IMG/VR virus record: IMGVR_UViG_3300027760_000001
Reading direction: 5' to 3' (one strand)
Length of the DNA: 64,000 nt
From: an uncultured virus (IMG/VR IMGVR_UViG_3300027760_000001)
Taxonomy: Duplodnaviria > Heunggongvirae > Uroviricota > Caudoviricetes
In this document: one piece after another, positions 19,299 to 28,693 of the stretch
Numbering within the stretch: position 1 is the first letter of the stretch
Layout: each line of letters begins with the position of its first letter
The notes under the pieces: generated by a model
Seen by the model: only the letters and a program-made list of their open reading frames with translations
Told to the model about the DNA's origin: nothing
Databases searched by the model: none
Program-made: the position numbers and the translations under genes

Positions 19299-20095
19299 CG
19301 CTTGTCGTCAAACCTGGTATCGTGCTGGCAAAAAGCTGGGACTTGGCAGCTTTTGACGCTGATGCTGCTGCTTACATACAACGTGTTGAATGGGCAGATA
19401 CAACGCCGCTTGAATCAACCACCCGCACTGCCATCAATAACTTTGTGGTCGGTTGTAAAGCCGATGGGATTTGGAACGCCATTAAAGCAAGTTGTATCTT
19501 AGCCGGAGCGCGGACCTTGGCCGGGGCATTGATGCCACTTGCTGGCACTGCCCCCACAAACTTTAACTTTGTTAGCGGGGATTACGACAGGAAAACGGGA
19601 CTGGTAGGGGATAGTAGCACAAAGTATTTGCATAGCAACCGTTTTGGCAATTCAGATTCTCAAGACTCGCAACATATGTCTGTGTATGTATCAACTCGAC
19701 CAACAGGATCCAATCAAAAAGCATACATCGGAGATGCAAGCGCAGTCGGAGCAACTTATGTGTTCTACAACGTATCAACTTCCACTTTATTTACATCTTC
19801 CCGTACTGCTAATCAAGAAGAAAGTATAAGTGCATCCACCCACACTGGGCTAGTTGGAATTAGCCGCTCTGGATCTGCTAATTACAACAGGAGATTATCA
19901 GTCAGTACCACCACCCTAACTAGAACTAGCGCAGCAGGGGGAAATAATCCTATTTACGTTTTTGCATTCGGCCCTTCTTTCTTCAACGGCAACGGTCGCC
20001 TCGCTTTCTACTCCATTGGCGAATCCTTGGACCTCGCCCTTCTTGACGCCCGCGTCACCACGCTGATCAACGCTTTCGCCGCCGCAATCCCATGA
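19295..20095 (+). CDS. Putative virion lectin-like protein
   Basis: DADAAAYI..AINNFVVGCKADGIW..ASCILAGARTL..DYDRKTGL family pattern. Confidence 0.65.
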   Translation: MTLVVKPGIVLAKSWDLAAFDADAAAYIQRVEWADTTPLESTTRTAINNFVVGCKADGIWNAIKASCILAGARTLAGALMPLAGTAPTNFNFVSGDYDRKTGLVGDSSTKYLHSNRFGNSDSQDSQHMSVYVSTRPTGSNQKAYIGDASAVGATYVFYNVSTSTLFTSSRTANQEESISASTHTGLVGISRSGSANYNRRLSVSTTTLTRTSAAGGNNPIYVFAFGPSFFNGNGRLAFYSIGESLDLALLDARVTTLINAFAAAIP

Positions 20096-20151
20096 CCTGG
20101 CTCATCACCTCCCGCTATCAACCATTGCCCCATCTGGAGGTGCTGCCATGA
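20092..20151 (+). CDS. 19-aa mini-ORF / gene remnant
   Basis: MTWLITSRYQPLPHLEVLP; ATGA overlaps at both ends. Confidence 0.45.
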   Translation: MTWLITSRYQPLPHLEVLP

Positions 20152-20942
20152 GCTGGTTAATTTCAGGGGGACTAAAGACAACTTGGGCCGAGGGTGGCAT
20201 GCCATCTCAAGCAATGGTAAGTGGCATAACCTATCGTATTCACACTTTTTCTAGTATTGGTACATCTACATTAAATGTCCTAAATACTGGAAATTACGAA
20301 TATTTAATTATTGCTGGTGGTGGCGGCGGAGGTGTCGGATTTGGCGGAGGCGGTGGTGGTGGTGGCTATAGAACTGGTAGTATGATTATGTCGATAGGAG
20401 CATATTCAGTACAAGTGGGGGCTGGGGGTCTGGCTGGTCCTGCTAGCAATACACAAGGTTCAAATGGTGAAAACTCTAGTTTCAATGGAATTATTTCTGC
20501 TGGTGGAGGCGGTGGCGGCGGTGGTACAGGTGCAATAATAGTTGGCCTTGCAGGTGGCTCTGGAGGTGGAGGCGGTGCTGGAAGTGGCGCTGGCGGTGCA
20601 GGCAATACGCCCAGCGTTAGCCCATCACAAGGCAATAGTGGAGCAGCGGGGCTTGGTGGGGTGCGAGGTGGAGGCGGTGGTGGCGCAGGAGCTACAGGTT
20701 CTGGCAGGGATGGAGGAGCAGGTATTATTACGTCTTTCAATGGATCACTAGTGGGCTATGCAGGAGGTGGAGCAGCAAACTCTACAACGGTGCTTGGCAA
20801 TGCTTCATCGGGCGGAGGAGGATTATATGGCGGTATTTATCAAAGTGCTTTTGCTAATACAGGGGGAGGCGGAAATGGCGATAGTTTGCGGCCAAGTGGC
20901 AACGGTGGTTCTGGTATTGTAATTATTCGCTATCAAATTTAA
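20148..20942 (+). CDS. Glycine-rich domain virion protein
   Basis: YRIHTF, YLIIAGGGGGG, ANTGGGG, GGSGIVIIRY. Confidence 0.8.
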   Translation: MSWLISGGLKTTWAEGGMPSQAMVSGITYRIHTFSSIGTSTLNVLNTGNYEYLIIAGGGGGGVGFGGGGGGGGYRTGSMIMSIGAYSVQVGAGGLAGPASNTQGSNGENSSFNGIISAGGGGGGGGTGAIIVGLAGGSGGGGGAGSGAGGAGNTPSVSPSQGNSGAAGLGGVRGGGGGGAGATGSGRDGGAGIITSFNGSLVGYAGGGAANSTTVLGNASSGGGGLYGGIYQSAFANTGGGGNGDSLRPSGNGGSGIVIIRYQI

Positions 20943-20960
20943 ATGTAATCAATATGCCAT

Positions 20961-21371
20961 CTAGACATTAAAATTATCTAATCTATATGTAATTCTTATT
21001 TCACCGCCCAAAGTCTTGACCGCGTCACTTGCATTTTCAGAAACTTTTTTTTCAATTATCACCGAAGGAACAATTGCACCTGAAAAAGGAGTAACAATGG
21101 CGCTGGGAAACAATTCCTTGGCTTTAGTTGCCAACCCCTCAGCAGCTTCAACTTTCTCTTGATGCTCTTCTTTTTCCCATTGCTCCTTGACTTCTTCAAT
21201 TTGCTCATCAACCACTTCTAGGGTTTTCTGAGTTTTTTGCTCCACCCAATCAGGCTTACACCAAGCCAAAAGCGCAATAAACCATGGCTGAAATCTAATG
21301 GACGGCCACTGCTTGGCTGCTAGCAATGCAAGTTCATAACACAAGGCATTGAAAGCAGCTTGATCAAACAT
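20961..21371 (-). CDS. Hypothetical protein in lysis-like operon
   Basis: TGATG coupling to upstream gene; coiled-coil middle. Confidence 0.6.
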   Translation of the reverse strand: MFDQAAFNALCYELALLAAKQWPSIRFQPWFIALLAWCKPDWVEQKTQKTLEVVDEQIEEVKEQWEKEEHQEKVEAAEGLATKAKELFPSAIVTPFSGAIVPSVIIEKKVSENASDAVKTLGGEIRITYRLDNFNV

Positions 21372-21889
21372 CAGCCTTCTTGATAAACACTTACAAAAGT
21401 GGTTCCTTTTGATGCCAATGGAACAACCTTGTCACGAAGGTCGATATTGTGACAACGAACGCAACCATAAGTTGGGAAAAGGCGCTGTGAAGAAGCCCAT
21501 GCGCCAGGCCACCCACATTGGCTTCCACCACCATGGATCATAATTCCAGCCCTACCATTCCCGGCTTCTTGGTTCTCAAGCTCAACTAAATCAAGGCTAT
21601 ACCAGCCGTAAGCCATGAGGGTGCGATCATAGCCAGGATTGCTACCTACTTGCTCGTAGTCCTTGTAAATGGCACCAATTTTGTAAAGGCCAGGAGGAGT
21701 GTCAGTGCGAGCAAGTTTCCATTCGTAATCACTACCTTGGCCACGGGCAAGACAAGGAACTTCCCACAGTTGCTTCCCATCGTAATCAAATGCCTTCATC
21801 CTTTCAGAGAGGTCGTTGACGATGAGATGGTGATCTCCAGTTTTGAAGCCAAAGTCCTGCGGACGTTTTTTCGGACCAATCAATGCCAT
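21371..21889 (-). CDS. L,D-transpeptidase (YkuD)-fold protein, candidate endolysin
   Basis: DTPPGLY, GIMIHGG and PTYGCVRC His/Cys catalytic motif. Confidence 0.75.
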   Translation of the reverse strand: MALIGPKKRPQDFGFKTGDHHLIVNDLSERMKAFDYDGKQLWEVPCLARGQGSDYEWKLARTDTPPGLYKIGAIYKDYEQVGSNPGYDRTLMAYGWYSLDLVELENQEAGNGRAGIMIHGGGSQCGWPGAWASSQRLFPTYGCVRCHNIDLRDKVVPLASKGTTFVSVYQEG

Positions 21890-21898
21890 GATTATTTA

Positions 21899-22039
21899 CT
21901 ATTTGGAGCGAAAAATAGTCTTAAGCCCTTCCATGATGAGTTGGAGAACGTTGTTACTGCGCCAGGGCGAATGATCCAGAATTTGGTCTGCGGCAGCAAT
22001 GATGATGCCGCCAATGACAAACCACTGAATGGGTTCCAT
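21899..22039 (-). CDS. Small membrane protein, candidate holin (46 aa)
   Basis: Hand translation MEPIQWFVIGGIIIAAADQILDHSPWRSNNVLQLIMEGLKTIFRSK; next to the lysin candidate. Confidence 0.55.
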   Translation of the reverse strand: MEPIQWFVIGGIIIAAADQILDHSPWRSNNVLQLIMEGLKTIFRSK

Positions 22040-22063
22040 GGTATTGATGCGATTTGCTAAAGC

Positions 22064-22276
22064 CTAGCGTTGAATTTCTAAATTGCGCACCCTTCCCTCA
22101 AGCCCTTTCATGTTGTTTGTTAAGTCGTCAAGCTTTTGGGTGATGCTTTCAATTTGTGTGGTGATTTTTATTTGCTGATTACCAATGCCGATCATCATGC
22201 CACCAGTGGCAAGAAGCATCCCTGCAGTTGAAACCACTGCAAAGTCTGCAAGTTTAGCTTGCCAGGCGCTCATCAC
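22064..22276 (-). CDS. Membrane-anchored coiled-coil protein
   Basis: N-terminal hydrophobic segment, C-terminal heptads ending RVRNLE. Confidence 0.6.
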   Translation of the reverse strand: MMSAWQAKLADFAVVSTAGMLLATGGMMIGIGNQQIKITTQIESITQKLDDLTNNMKGLEGRVRNLEIQR

Positions 22277-22363
22277 ATTAAATGCTTGTTTTGTTCATTA
22301 TACAGTTTCCTCTAAAGCAAAGTTTTGCTACTAAGCTGGTGAAAGAATAATCAAAACAAGATT

Positions 22364-22843
22364 ATGGGGATGCGAAATGGACCCGAGGAACTTCTTCAGT
22401 CGTTGTCCGAGTTGCGCCCCAGTGAAGCCAAGCGTAGGTTTAGGAGGAGCATTTTTGAAGACTACACGCTAAAAGGACCATTTAACCATAGTGCTTGCGC
22501 GTATTGTGGAAAATGGAGTGAAAAGCTTACCATTGATCACATTGTTCCAAAAAGCAAGGGAGGACCACACTTTGCAAAGTGGAACAGTTGTCCGTCTTGT
22601 TTAGCTTGCAATGCTGACAAGAGCAATCTGCCTGTCTTTGAATGGTGGAGACCAAAGGAATTTTGGACTCAGCAGCGTGAAGAAATTCTGCTTGCTTGGG
22701 TGCATCATCATAGTTTTGTAAGCGCTCATACAGACTTGTCTGATTGGGAGGCTTGGTGTCAAGCCACGCAGAGAGTGTTGCCATTGCATGAAGAAGGGGC
22801 CTATCGAGGCCCCTTCCCTGCATTGCAGCTATATGCTGCTTAG
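22364..22843 (+). CDS. HNH endonuclease
   Basis: CAYCG..LTIDHIVPKSKGG..CLACNADK. Confidence 0.88.
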   Translation: MGMRNGPEELLQSLSELRPSEAKRRFRRSIFEDYTLKGPFNHSACAYCGKWSEKLTIDHIVPKSKGGPHFAKWNSCPSCLACNADKSNLPVFEWWRPKEFWTQQREEILLAWVHHHSFVSAHTDLSDWEAWCQATQRVLPLHEEGAYRGPFPALQLYAA

Positions 22844-23211
22844 GACGCTTCGTCCACGCGATGGAACATGCCTTCTGGTGGTCCTTGGCGAACGTTGGGC
22901 ATGGGACAAAAACCGTCAGGGCAACCACTGATCATATATGCATCTGGATCGTATCTAATTTCAATTTTTTCAAGCCATTCGTCACCTTGATCATTTTTTT
23001 TGTCTTCCAAAATACCAATCAGCCGCAATAAATACCACTGAGCTTTTTTCAAATCTTCAACGCCATTTTTGTCCTCGTAACGATAAAGATATTTAATGCA
23101 ATTGCCTTTCAAGAAACCCTTGAAGGCTTCTTCTGTCATTGAGGCTTCAATGGCTTCAATGCATTCAATGCCTCCTTTTTGGTAGTGCTTGGGGTTGATG
23201 GCGTCGGTCAT
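22840..23211 (-). CDS. DUF3310 family protein
   Basis: NPKHY..IECIEAI..GNCIKYLYRY..EDLKKAQWYL. Confidence 0.88.
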   Translation of the reverse strand: MTDAINPKHYQKGGIECIEAIEASMTEEAFKGFLKGNCIKYLYRYEDKNGVEDLKKAQWYLLRLIGILEDKKNDQGDEWLEKIEIRYDPDAYMISGCPDGFCPMPNVRQGPPEGMFHRVDEAS

Positions 23212-23213
23212 GA

Positions 23214-23930
23214 TCAGAATTGGTAGTTGTTTTCAGCAAAAGCATCGAAAGCTTCTGGGGCAACATCATGCCCAAGGATCAGAAGCGATTCAGCATAGGC
23301 AGTGATTTCGCTTTGGGCTCCATGCCCAATTCTTAAGGAAATGAAATGGAGCAGAGCTTGAAGCGAGCAAGTCCAAACGAAAGAAGTGTATAAGGCTGCT
23401 GGAAGAATTGCCCTGGCTTGTTCTTTGCTTACGCCAGTAAGCAGAAGGCCTTCGTAAGCTTGCTTGCAGGCTTCAATGGCTTGCACGTATTGCATCAATG
23501 CCAGTTGTTGCGACTGAGCAGGAAGGGCTCCATCAGAAGCTTGGCGATTGCTTTCGCTTTGTTTGGCAAATTCAATGGGAACGTAAAATTCTGCTTGATC
23601 TGCTGCACAATAACGAAAGCTCTTTTCGTTCCATCCAAGTTGATCATCAACGTAGGTGGAGGCAATAGTATGCTTCCACCATTGCCTTGCAATAAACAAA
23701 GGAGCCTTGACTGCCCATTTGAATACCACACCACGGAATGGGGAAGTGTGGTGGTTCTTGGCTAGGTAACGAAGAAGCTTTCCGTCCTTATCTGTCCATT
23801 CAATGCTTTCCGCATCAAAGGACTGGCGAGCATCATTCACCACAGAAAGGCTGTTTCCCATGGAATCAAGCAGGCAAAGAGAGCTTTTGCCGTCTGAAAG
23901 AGGGTCAACAATCGTCTTAGAGGGCATCAT
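23214..23930 (-). CDS. thyX: FAD-dependent thymidylate synthase
   Basis: VVNDARQSF, HHTSPF, APLFIARQWWKH, NEKSFRY, EQARAILP, AQSEI. Confidence 0.93.
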   Translation of the reverse strand: MMPSKTIVDPLSDGKSSLCLLDSMGNSLSVVNDARQSFDAESIEWTDKDGKLLRYLAKNHHTSPFRGVVFKWAVKAPLFIARQWWKHTIASTYVDDQLGWNEKSFRYCAADQAEFYVPIEFAKQSESNRQASDGALPAQSQQLALMQYVQAIEACKQAYEGLLLTGVSKEQARAILPAALYTSFVWTCSLQALLHFISLRIGHGAQSEITAYAESLLILGHDVAPEAFDAFAENNYQF

Positions 23931-24277
23931 CAGGAAAGAATGTCAATGGGGCGGATGCGTTGAATTGCGACTGTACCAGAGATGAGAGCATCTTTTTGCT
24001 CCCATTGGACCACTGCAGCCTTCCTTCCATTTGGCCCCTTTGTGAAGCCCTGGAAGGTGCCGTAGAAGCTCGTGGGCACCAGACCAGCCCCAGTGTAGGC
24101 GACCAGCACCACGCGCTCTCCTGGCGTCCAATCATGATCGTTTGGCGAACGCCTCAGCTTATACCTTCGGGAAGCCGGACGCAAGATTTCGGCTTTTTGC
24201 CCATCGTCCACCACTCTTCCAAACTGCCGATGACTGTCATCTTGATGTAACCTAGTTACAAATGATTGACGCGCCAC
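23930..24277 (-). CDS. Hypothetical protein
   Basis: Coupled to thyX. Confidence 0.55.
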   Translation of the reverse strand: MARQSFVTRLHQDDSHRQFGRVVDDGQKAEILRPASRRYKLRRSPNDHDWTPGERVVLVAYTGAGLVPTSFYGTFQGFTKGPNGRKAAVVQWEQKDALISGTVAIQRIRPIDILS

Positions 24278-24278
24278 T

Positions 24279-24647
24279 ATGGCTCAATACTGTTTGCCAG
24301 TAAGCTTTGATTACAATGGGCGAAAGCACATTGCAAGCATGGGGCCATTTCAACATTCAACTGAGCGCGAGTTTGCTTTAACAGTTAGCCGAAAGGCAAT
24401 TGATGATTGCAAAAGTATTGATCAGTTGAAGAAGGTGTCCTTAAATTTGCTTGAAGGATGGGCCTCCATGCAAACTGCAGTGCAAAGCTTGATGCTGGAA
24501 AACATTCAACTTCGCCAAGTAATAAATAAAAAGAATGTTGATTTAGAGGCCGCTGAAGAATTGCTTGGTCAAGCTGCTCAAGTTATCGAGCATTTTCAAT
24601 ATGAGCAGAAATCAACGAGAACCAAAAGGCGTCTTTGGCCATGGTAG
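24279..24647 (+). CDS. Hypothetical coiled-coil protein
   Basis: Plausible composition; fills gap. Confidence 0.55.
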   Translation: MAQYCLPVSFDYNGRKHIASMGPFQHSTEREFALTVSRKAIDDCKSIDQLKKVSLNLLEGWASMQTAVQSLMLENIQLRQVINKKNVDLEAAEELLGQAAQVIEHFQYEQKSTRTKRRLWPW

Positions 24648-24948
24648 AAGTGAGGAGAAAAATCGTCCAATCACTGGTGTAGGCAAGATTGTACTTACGA
24701 CAATCTCTTTCATAGCCCGAACCAGTGACATGGCGACCACGATTAAATACACCACCTTGAATTTCGATGCCAGTGCGAGAGTTGGGGTGAGCAAAATCTA
24801 AGCGATAGCGTTTGGAACGTTTACTTTTGGAATAGCGCTCTTGGTAATCTTTTTCCCAAGCTTCAATATCAGAGAACTCTCGTTCAAGAATTAACTTGGG
24901 AAACTTTGCTTGCCAAAGGCCAAGAAACTGATCTTCAAGAGCGCTCAA
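24583..24948 (-). CDS. PD-(D/E)XK / Vsr-like endonuclease
   Basis: RYRLDFA..GIEIQGG..GRH..GYERDCRKYN. Confidence 0.8.
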   Translation of the reverse strand: MSALEDQFLGLWQAKFPKLILEREFSDIEAWEKDYQERYSKSKRSKRYRLDFAHPNSRTGIEIQGGVFNRGRHVTGSGYERDCRKYNLAYTSDWTIFLLTSTMAKDAFWFSLISAHIENAR

Positions 24949-24950
24949 AA

Positions 24951-25535
24951 TCAGACTGCAGCTAGTTGCACCTTAGCGCCTTGCTGTTGATAGTTGCCTT
25001 CATAAGCTTGCCCAACTTCTTCAATGCTAAAAAGAATAAGCTGAGCGATGCCTTCATTGGCATAGAGCTTAATTGGAAATGGCGTTGGATTGATAAGGCA
25101 CATGGTCAAGTAGCCAGACCAGCCAGGTTCAATGGGAAGAATGTTGGCAATCAAGCCACAACGACCATACGTAGACTTGCCTTCGCATAAGGCAAATACA
25201 TTAGTTGGCATGGAAATCAGCTCAAGACTAGTACCAAGGCCATGGCTATAAGGAGGCAAGAGAAAAGCACAAGAGCCATCGTTGTACTCAATAAGTTCAG
25301 CAGATTTCGGCTGCGCTTGGAAGTCTTTTGCATCAAGAGCGCAAGGCGATGAATCCTCATTGCTTTCAAAAATCAAAAATTCAATGGAGGAAAGACGAAT
25401 GTCGTAGCCTGCCTGTGAAAGACCAAATGAAATGGCCTTGGTGCCATTGTCAAGCGTACGTTGCTTTGAACCAACGTAAGGAAGAAACAGGTCGTTTTCA
25501 GCCAACTTGCTGATTTGCTTGTCGTTGAGCAACAT
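24951..25535 (-). CDS. dcd: dCTP deaminase
   Basis: ISFGLSQAGYDIRL, GKSTYGRCG, IEPGWSG, YANEGIAQ. Confidence 0.93.
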   Translation of the reverse strand: MLLNDKQISKLAENDLFLPYVGSKQRTLDNGTKAISFGLSQAGYDIRLSSIEFLIFESNEDSSPCALDAKDFQAQPKSAELIEYNDGSCAFLLPPYSHGLGTSLELISMPTNVFALCEGKSTYGRCGLIANILPIEPGWSGYLTMCLINPTPFPIKLYANEGIAQLILFSIEEVGQAYEGNYQQQGAKVQLAAV

Positions 25536-25586
25536 GGTTAAAAAAGGAAAAAAGGGGCGGTTAGCGCCCCAAGAAGCTTTTGCTAA

Positions 25587-25850
25587 TCAGAAGAAATCGT
25601 TGGCGCCGCTTTCGCCGCCAATGGCTTCTTTCACCCAGACGCTGGCAAAGCCTTTAGCGCCATCTTTCTGGCCCTTGATCTCGACGCTTCCTGTATAGCC
25701 AGGAGCGCGATCAGAGCTTTTCTTGGTGTTCTCCCAGACGGCCATGCCGAGGCTGTAGTTGCCACGGTCGTTGGGGCCTGCTGCCTTGAGGGCGTTCAAA
25801 ACTTCAGGGGTGAGGTCAATAACAGCAGTGATAGGGGGCCTGTTGGCCAT
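25587..25850 (-). CDS. Putative single-stranded DNA-binding protein
   Basis: AVWEN..APGYTGSV, acidic/aromatic tail NDFF; in recombination module. Confidence 0.55.
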   Translation of the reverse strand: MANRPPITAVIDLTPEVLNALKAAGPNDRGNYSLGMAVWENTKKSSDRAPGYTGSVEIKGQKDGAKGFASVWVKEAIGGESGANDFF

Positions 25851-25899
25851 GGCGTTTCTCCAGGGAAGTGATGGTGGTGCCCTGTTGGGCTCGCTCATC

Positions 25900-26667
25900 T
25901 TACCCCCTATCCATCGTCAATGCAAACGCCTTACCACCTGGGTAGTGCTCCTTGAAATATCTCTTGATAGTGTCCTTCATGATCATCTGCTGTTGCACCA
26001 GCTCAAAGCCATCCATTTGCAGAATTTGCAGTTCAGCATTGCGCTCTGGCTCCTCTGGATCATAAACACTAATCACACAATATGCTTCGCTAATGTCAAT
26101 TCCATATTGCTGCTCTGCCGCCATTGAATATGCTCCAAGTTGCTTTTTGTAGTCCGCTAATTGATAATCAGGCTTGACTTTGTAAGAAGTTTTCCAATCC
26201 ATCAGGGCAACGGCGCCGTCAGTCATTAGCGCAAGTTGATCAAGCGTCCCTGAGTACCCTATGCCATCGTCTCCTCCCCACCATGCAACAGCACTTTCGG
26301 CAAGTATGGGCTTTTCAATAAGTTCAAGGAAAGGATCAATGGCGTCAAAATATGGCTTCCATTCTTGTTTGCGAGCAAGATGGTTCTCAATGTCTTCCCC
26401 ATTGAATAAATCTTCAATCACACCGTGCATCCAAGTGCCACGATCAGCAGCAAGGCGAGTGCGACGATTTGCTTCGTCATTACCCACTCGTTTACGCCAA
26501 TTGATCAGTGCCATGATTTTGGACACTGGTGCCATAGAAGACAGCACAGTGGTCACAGATGGCAACAACATGCCTTCTGGAACGTTTGGGAACTGGCTGC
26601 ATGTGTAATGGCGCTTGCCATTTAAGGAGATCCGGCTCGGTTCGTAACGGGGGAGAACAATGCTCAC
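25900..26667 (-). CDS. PD-(D/E)XK exonuclease (Cas4-like fold, recombination)
   Basis: PSVTTVL, RGTWMH, YSGTLD, DWKTS, QLGAY. Confidence 0.88.
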   Translation of the reverse strand: MSIVLPRYEPSRISLNGKRHYTCSQFPNVPEGMLLPSVTTVLSSMAPVSKIMALINWRKRVGNDEANRRTRLAADRGTWMHGVIEDLFNGEDIENHLARKQEWKPYFDAIDPFLELIEKPILAESAVAWWGGDDGIGYSGTLDQLALMTDGAVALMDWKTSYKVKPDYQLADYKKQLGAYSMAAEQQYGIDISEAYCVISVYDPEEPERNAELQILQMDGFELVQQQMIMKDTIKRYFKEHYPGGKAFALTMDRG

Positions 26668-26951
26668 GACAGTTTTTTGAGCTGCAATTTAAGACGGCGA
26701 ATGCCAGTGAAGAAATAAGCATAGTCTCTGGTCTCAGTGACAGGCTTTTCTTGGTTGCAAACACGACAAGTGCCCATCCAAGTGGATGAGCACCCAACGT
26801 TATAGACGCCCCATTCATCGCCACATTCATGGCAACAAACAGCAGCATTTTCAAGCTTTTTAATTAGCTTTTTGATTTCAGAGGGAGTCATTTGGCTTCG
26901 TGCAAGTTGCTCTTGCTTGCCATAGCAATGCCTGGCAAAGTATTTCATCAC
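26664..26951 (-). CDS. Zinc-finger hypothetical protein
   Basis: CHEC..CRVC. Confidence 0.55.
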   Translation of the reverse strand: MMKYFARHCYGKQEQLARSQMTPSEIKKLIKKLENAAVCCHECGDEWGVYNVGCSSTWMGTCRVCNQEKPVTETRDYAYFFTGIRRLKLQLKKLS

Positions 26952-27127
26952 TTGGATCTACTTCTTCTGCATAAACAGAATGAGCGGCCTCCCATGCGAG
27001 TAGCCAGTCTTGTTTTGTTGGGAATTTCCAGGAATTCATTCGGGAAGAAAAGTAATTGGACAATTGTCAGAATCAACGATTAAGATGCCAGCAAAGGCCC
27101 GCACAAGGCGAGCCGATGCCAGATCAA

Positions 27128-28072
27128 TCACTTTCCCTTAAGGAAAGCCTCCACCCCTTTCACTGACTGCTCAAGGGTTCCTTCAATGCAAATGGCACGA
27201 AGGGTGTCAAGGTCTTGAGTCATTGTCTCCTTGGAAACCTTAAGTCCTTGCTCCTTACACCATGAAGTGACCATGGTGGTAACGACATTGGCAAACATTT
27301 CTTTGTCCTTGATGTCGTCGCCTTTTGCCAGCCCAAGATTTTCCAAGGCTGCCTTTCCGGCCATCATGCTGGTGCGTTCGTCTGCATAGCTAAAGGCATT
27401 TGCCTTGCAGAATCCGAGAAGAGCTGCTTTGCCATCAAAAGTGCCAGTAGTCTCCGCCTTGCTGGCCGCAGGGGCAGGCTTTGGGACATCACTGGCTGGC
27501 GCTGCTTTGCTCTTCGCTGGGGGCTTTGTTGCTTCCTGCTGGAGCGGAAGCTTAGGCACTTCCTTTTCATCGCTCTTGGGGATATCCTCGCCAGAGTAAA
27601 GCTTGAGGCCAAGGCCAGTGAAAGTAGCAATACACTTTACGCTGGCACGTTGGATGTTATCGCTCACTGCACGAGCATTGAGTTCAACTAGCGCATTGTG
27701 CTTGTTGTCCATTAGCGGGAAAACAAGGGCAGGAGTGCGCTTGATGCCATCAGTGAGATAGGGGCGCAAAAGCCAGCAACTATTCTGACCAAACACGGGC
27801 CAGCCCAGTGTGCTCTCTTCAAACGCCACATAAAGCGTAGGAAACTGTTCCTTGAGGTAGCGGAAAGCAAAAGGCCAGGACAAATAGGAGAGCCCTTTGT
27901 AGTTCTTTTCTACATGCTCACCGATGGCAAGATCATAGGCAGCAGTAAATGCCTCTGCAGAAATTTCGAGAGGAGAAAAAAGTCCGTTCATACGGTCGGC
28001 CATTGCTAGAGAAGAAGGAGAATCCATGAAAAAGTCAGAAGGTTTATAAAGAAAAAGATTATGGTCGATCAT
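27128..28072 (-). CDS. Sak3/DUF1071 single-strand annealing protein
   Basis: LSYLSWPFA, PLMDNKHNA, IQRASVKCIA..GLGLKLYSGEDIP. Confidence 0.85.
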   Translation of the reverse strand: MIDHNLFLYKPSDFFMDSPSSLAMADRMNGLFSPLEISAEAFTAAYDLAIGEHVEKNYKGLSYLSWPFAFRYLKEQFPTLYVAFEESTLGWPVFGQNSCWLLRPYLTDGIKRTPALVFPLMDNKHNALVELNARAVSDNIQRASVKCIATFTGLGLKLYSGEDIPKSDEKEVPKLPLQQEATKPPAKSKAAPASDVPKPAPAASKAETTGTFDGKAALLGFCKANAFSYADERTSMMAGKAALENLGLAKGDDIKDKEMFANVVTTMVTSWCKEQGLKVSKETMTQDLDTLRAICIEGTLEQSVKGVEAFLKGK

Positions 28073-28314
28073 TCTTCACGATTGCGATAGAAAATAACCA
28101 CTCTGGTTGGTTTTTCATTTTCTTGCACAATGACACTCCGACCAGGGAGTGGCCAGTCTTCAACAACTCTTACGTCAGCGACTTCTTCTGTGTGACAGAA
28201 GCTAAAGCCTTCGTGAAGAGGGCTTAAATCTTCATAGCAAAGCAATACTTCTGGGTTCTCGGAAGCTGCCTCGTCGCACTTAACCAGTGCATCAATTAGT
28301 TCAGAAAGTTTCAT
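28069..28314 (-). CDS. Hypothetical protein
   Basis: ATGA-coupled; MKLSELI start. Confidence 0.6.
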   Translation of the reverse strand: MKLSELIDALVKCDEAASENPEVLLCYEDLSPLHEGFSFCHTEEVADVRVVEDWPLPGRSVIVQENEKPTRVVIFYRNREE

Positions 28315-28550
28315 GATTCAGAAGAGGATTCAGAGGAGGATTCAGAAGAGTAGTCCCAAGCAAAAGGCCAAGTGTGATCAGCAATTAAACTGCCGCCTTC
28401 AGTAATTGGAGTGCAGCGAATGAGGCGCTCTAGTGTTTCAGAGCGCGAAAGTTCAGCGTCTTTTGCTATTGAAGAAAGATGATTGAAAGCGGAGGTTGTC
28501 AAAGTGAAATGACGACGTTGCTTTCCGCCTTCGTAAAGGCTTTTGGGCAT
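28311..28550 (-). CDS. Ribbon-helix-helix DNA-binding protein
   Basis: HFTLT..LSSIA..LSRSETLERLIR; divergent from primase. Confidence 0.6.
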   Translation of the reverse strand: MPKSLYEGGKQRRHFTLTTSAFNHLSSIAKDAELSRSETLERLIRCTPITEGGSLIADHTWPFAWDYSSESSSESSSES

Positions 28551-28693
28551 GGTGAGCTGCAAGGTTCGTGGCCACAATAGCTCCATTCAGGCCTTCGGCA
28601 AGACCTCTTTCCATAAGCGTTCCTAATGGAGCTGAGCCGATGCGGGCATTGCTTGGAGCTGCCATGATGGGTAGTGCTGTTCTCCTCCTTTCA

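Noticed and set aside
17772..20740. Pro-rich antisense ORFs (17772-18095, 20366-20740)
   Set aside because: Shadows of Gly-rich and collagen codons on the + strand.
7635..20942. Diversity-generating retroelement or invertible fibre cassette
   Set aside because: No reverse transcriptase or invertase, and no template/variable repeat pair seen.
25900..26667. CRISPR Cas4
   Set aside because: Lacks the four-Cys Fe-S set and sits with Sak3 and SSB; an ordinary recombination exonuclease.
28315..28350. 3 x 12-bp tandem repeat
   Set aside because: Encodes a low-complexity SSES tail; no sign of another role.
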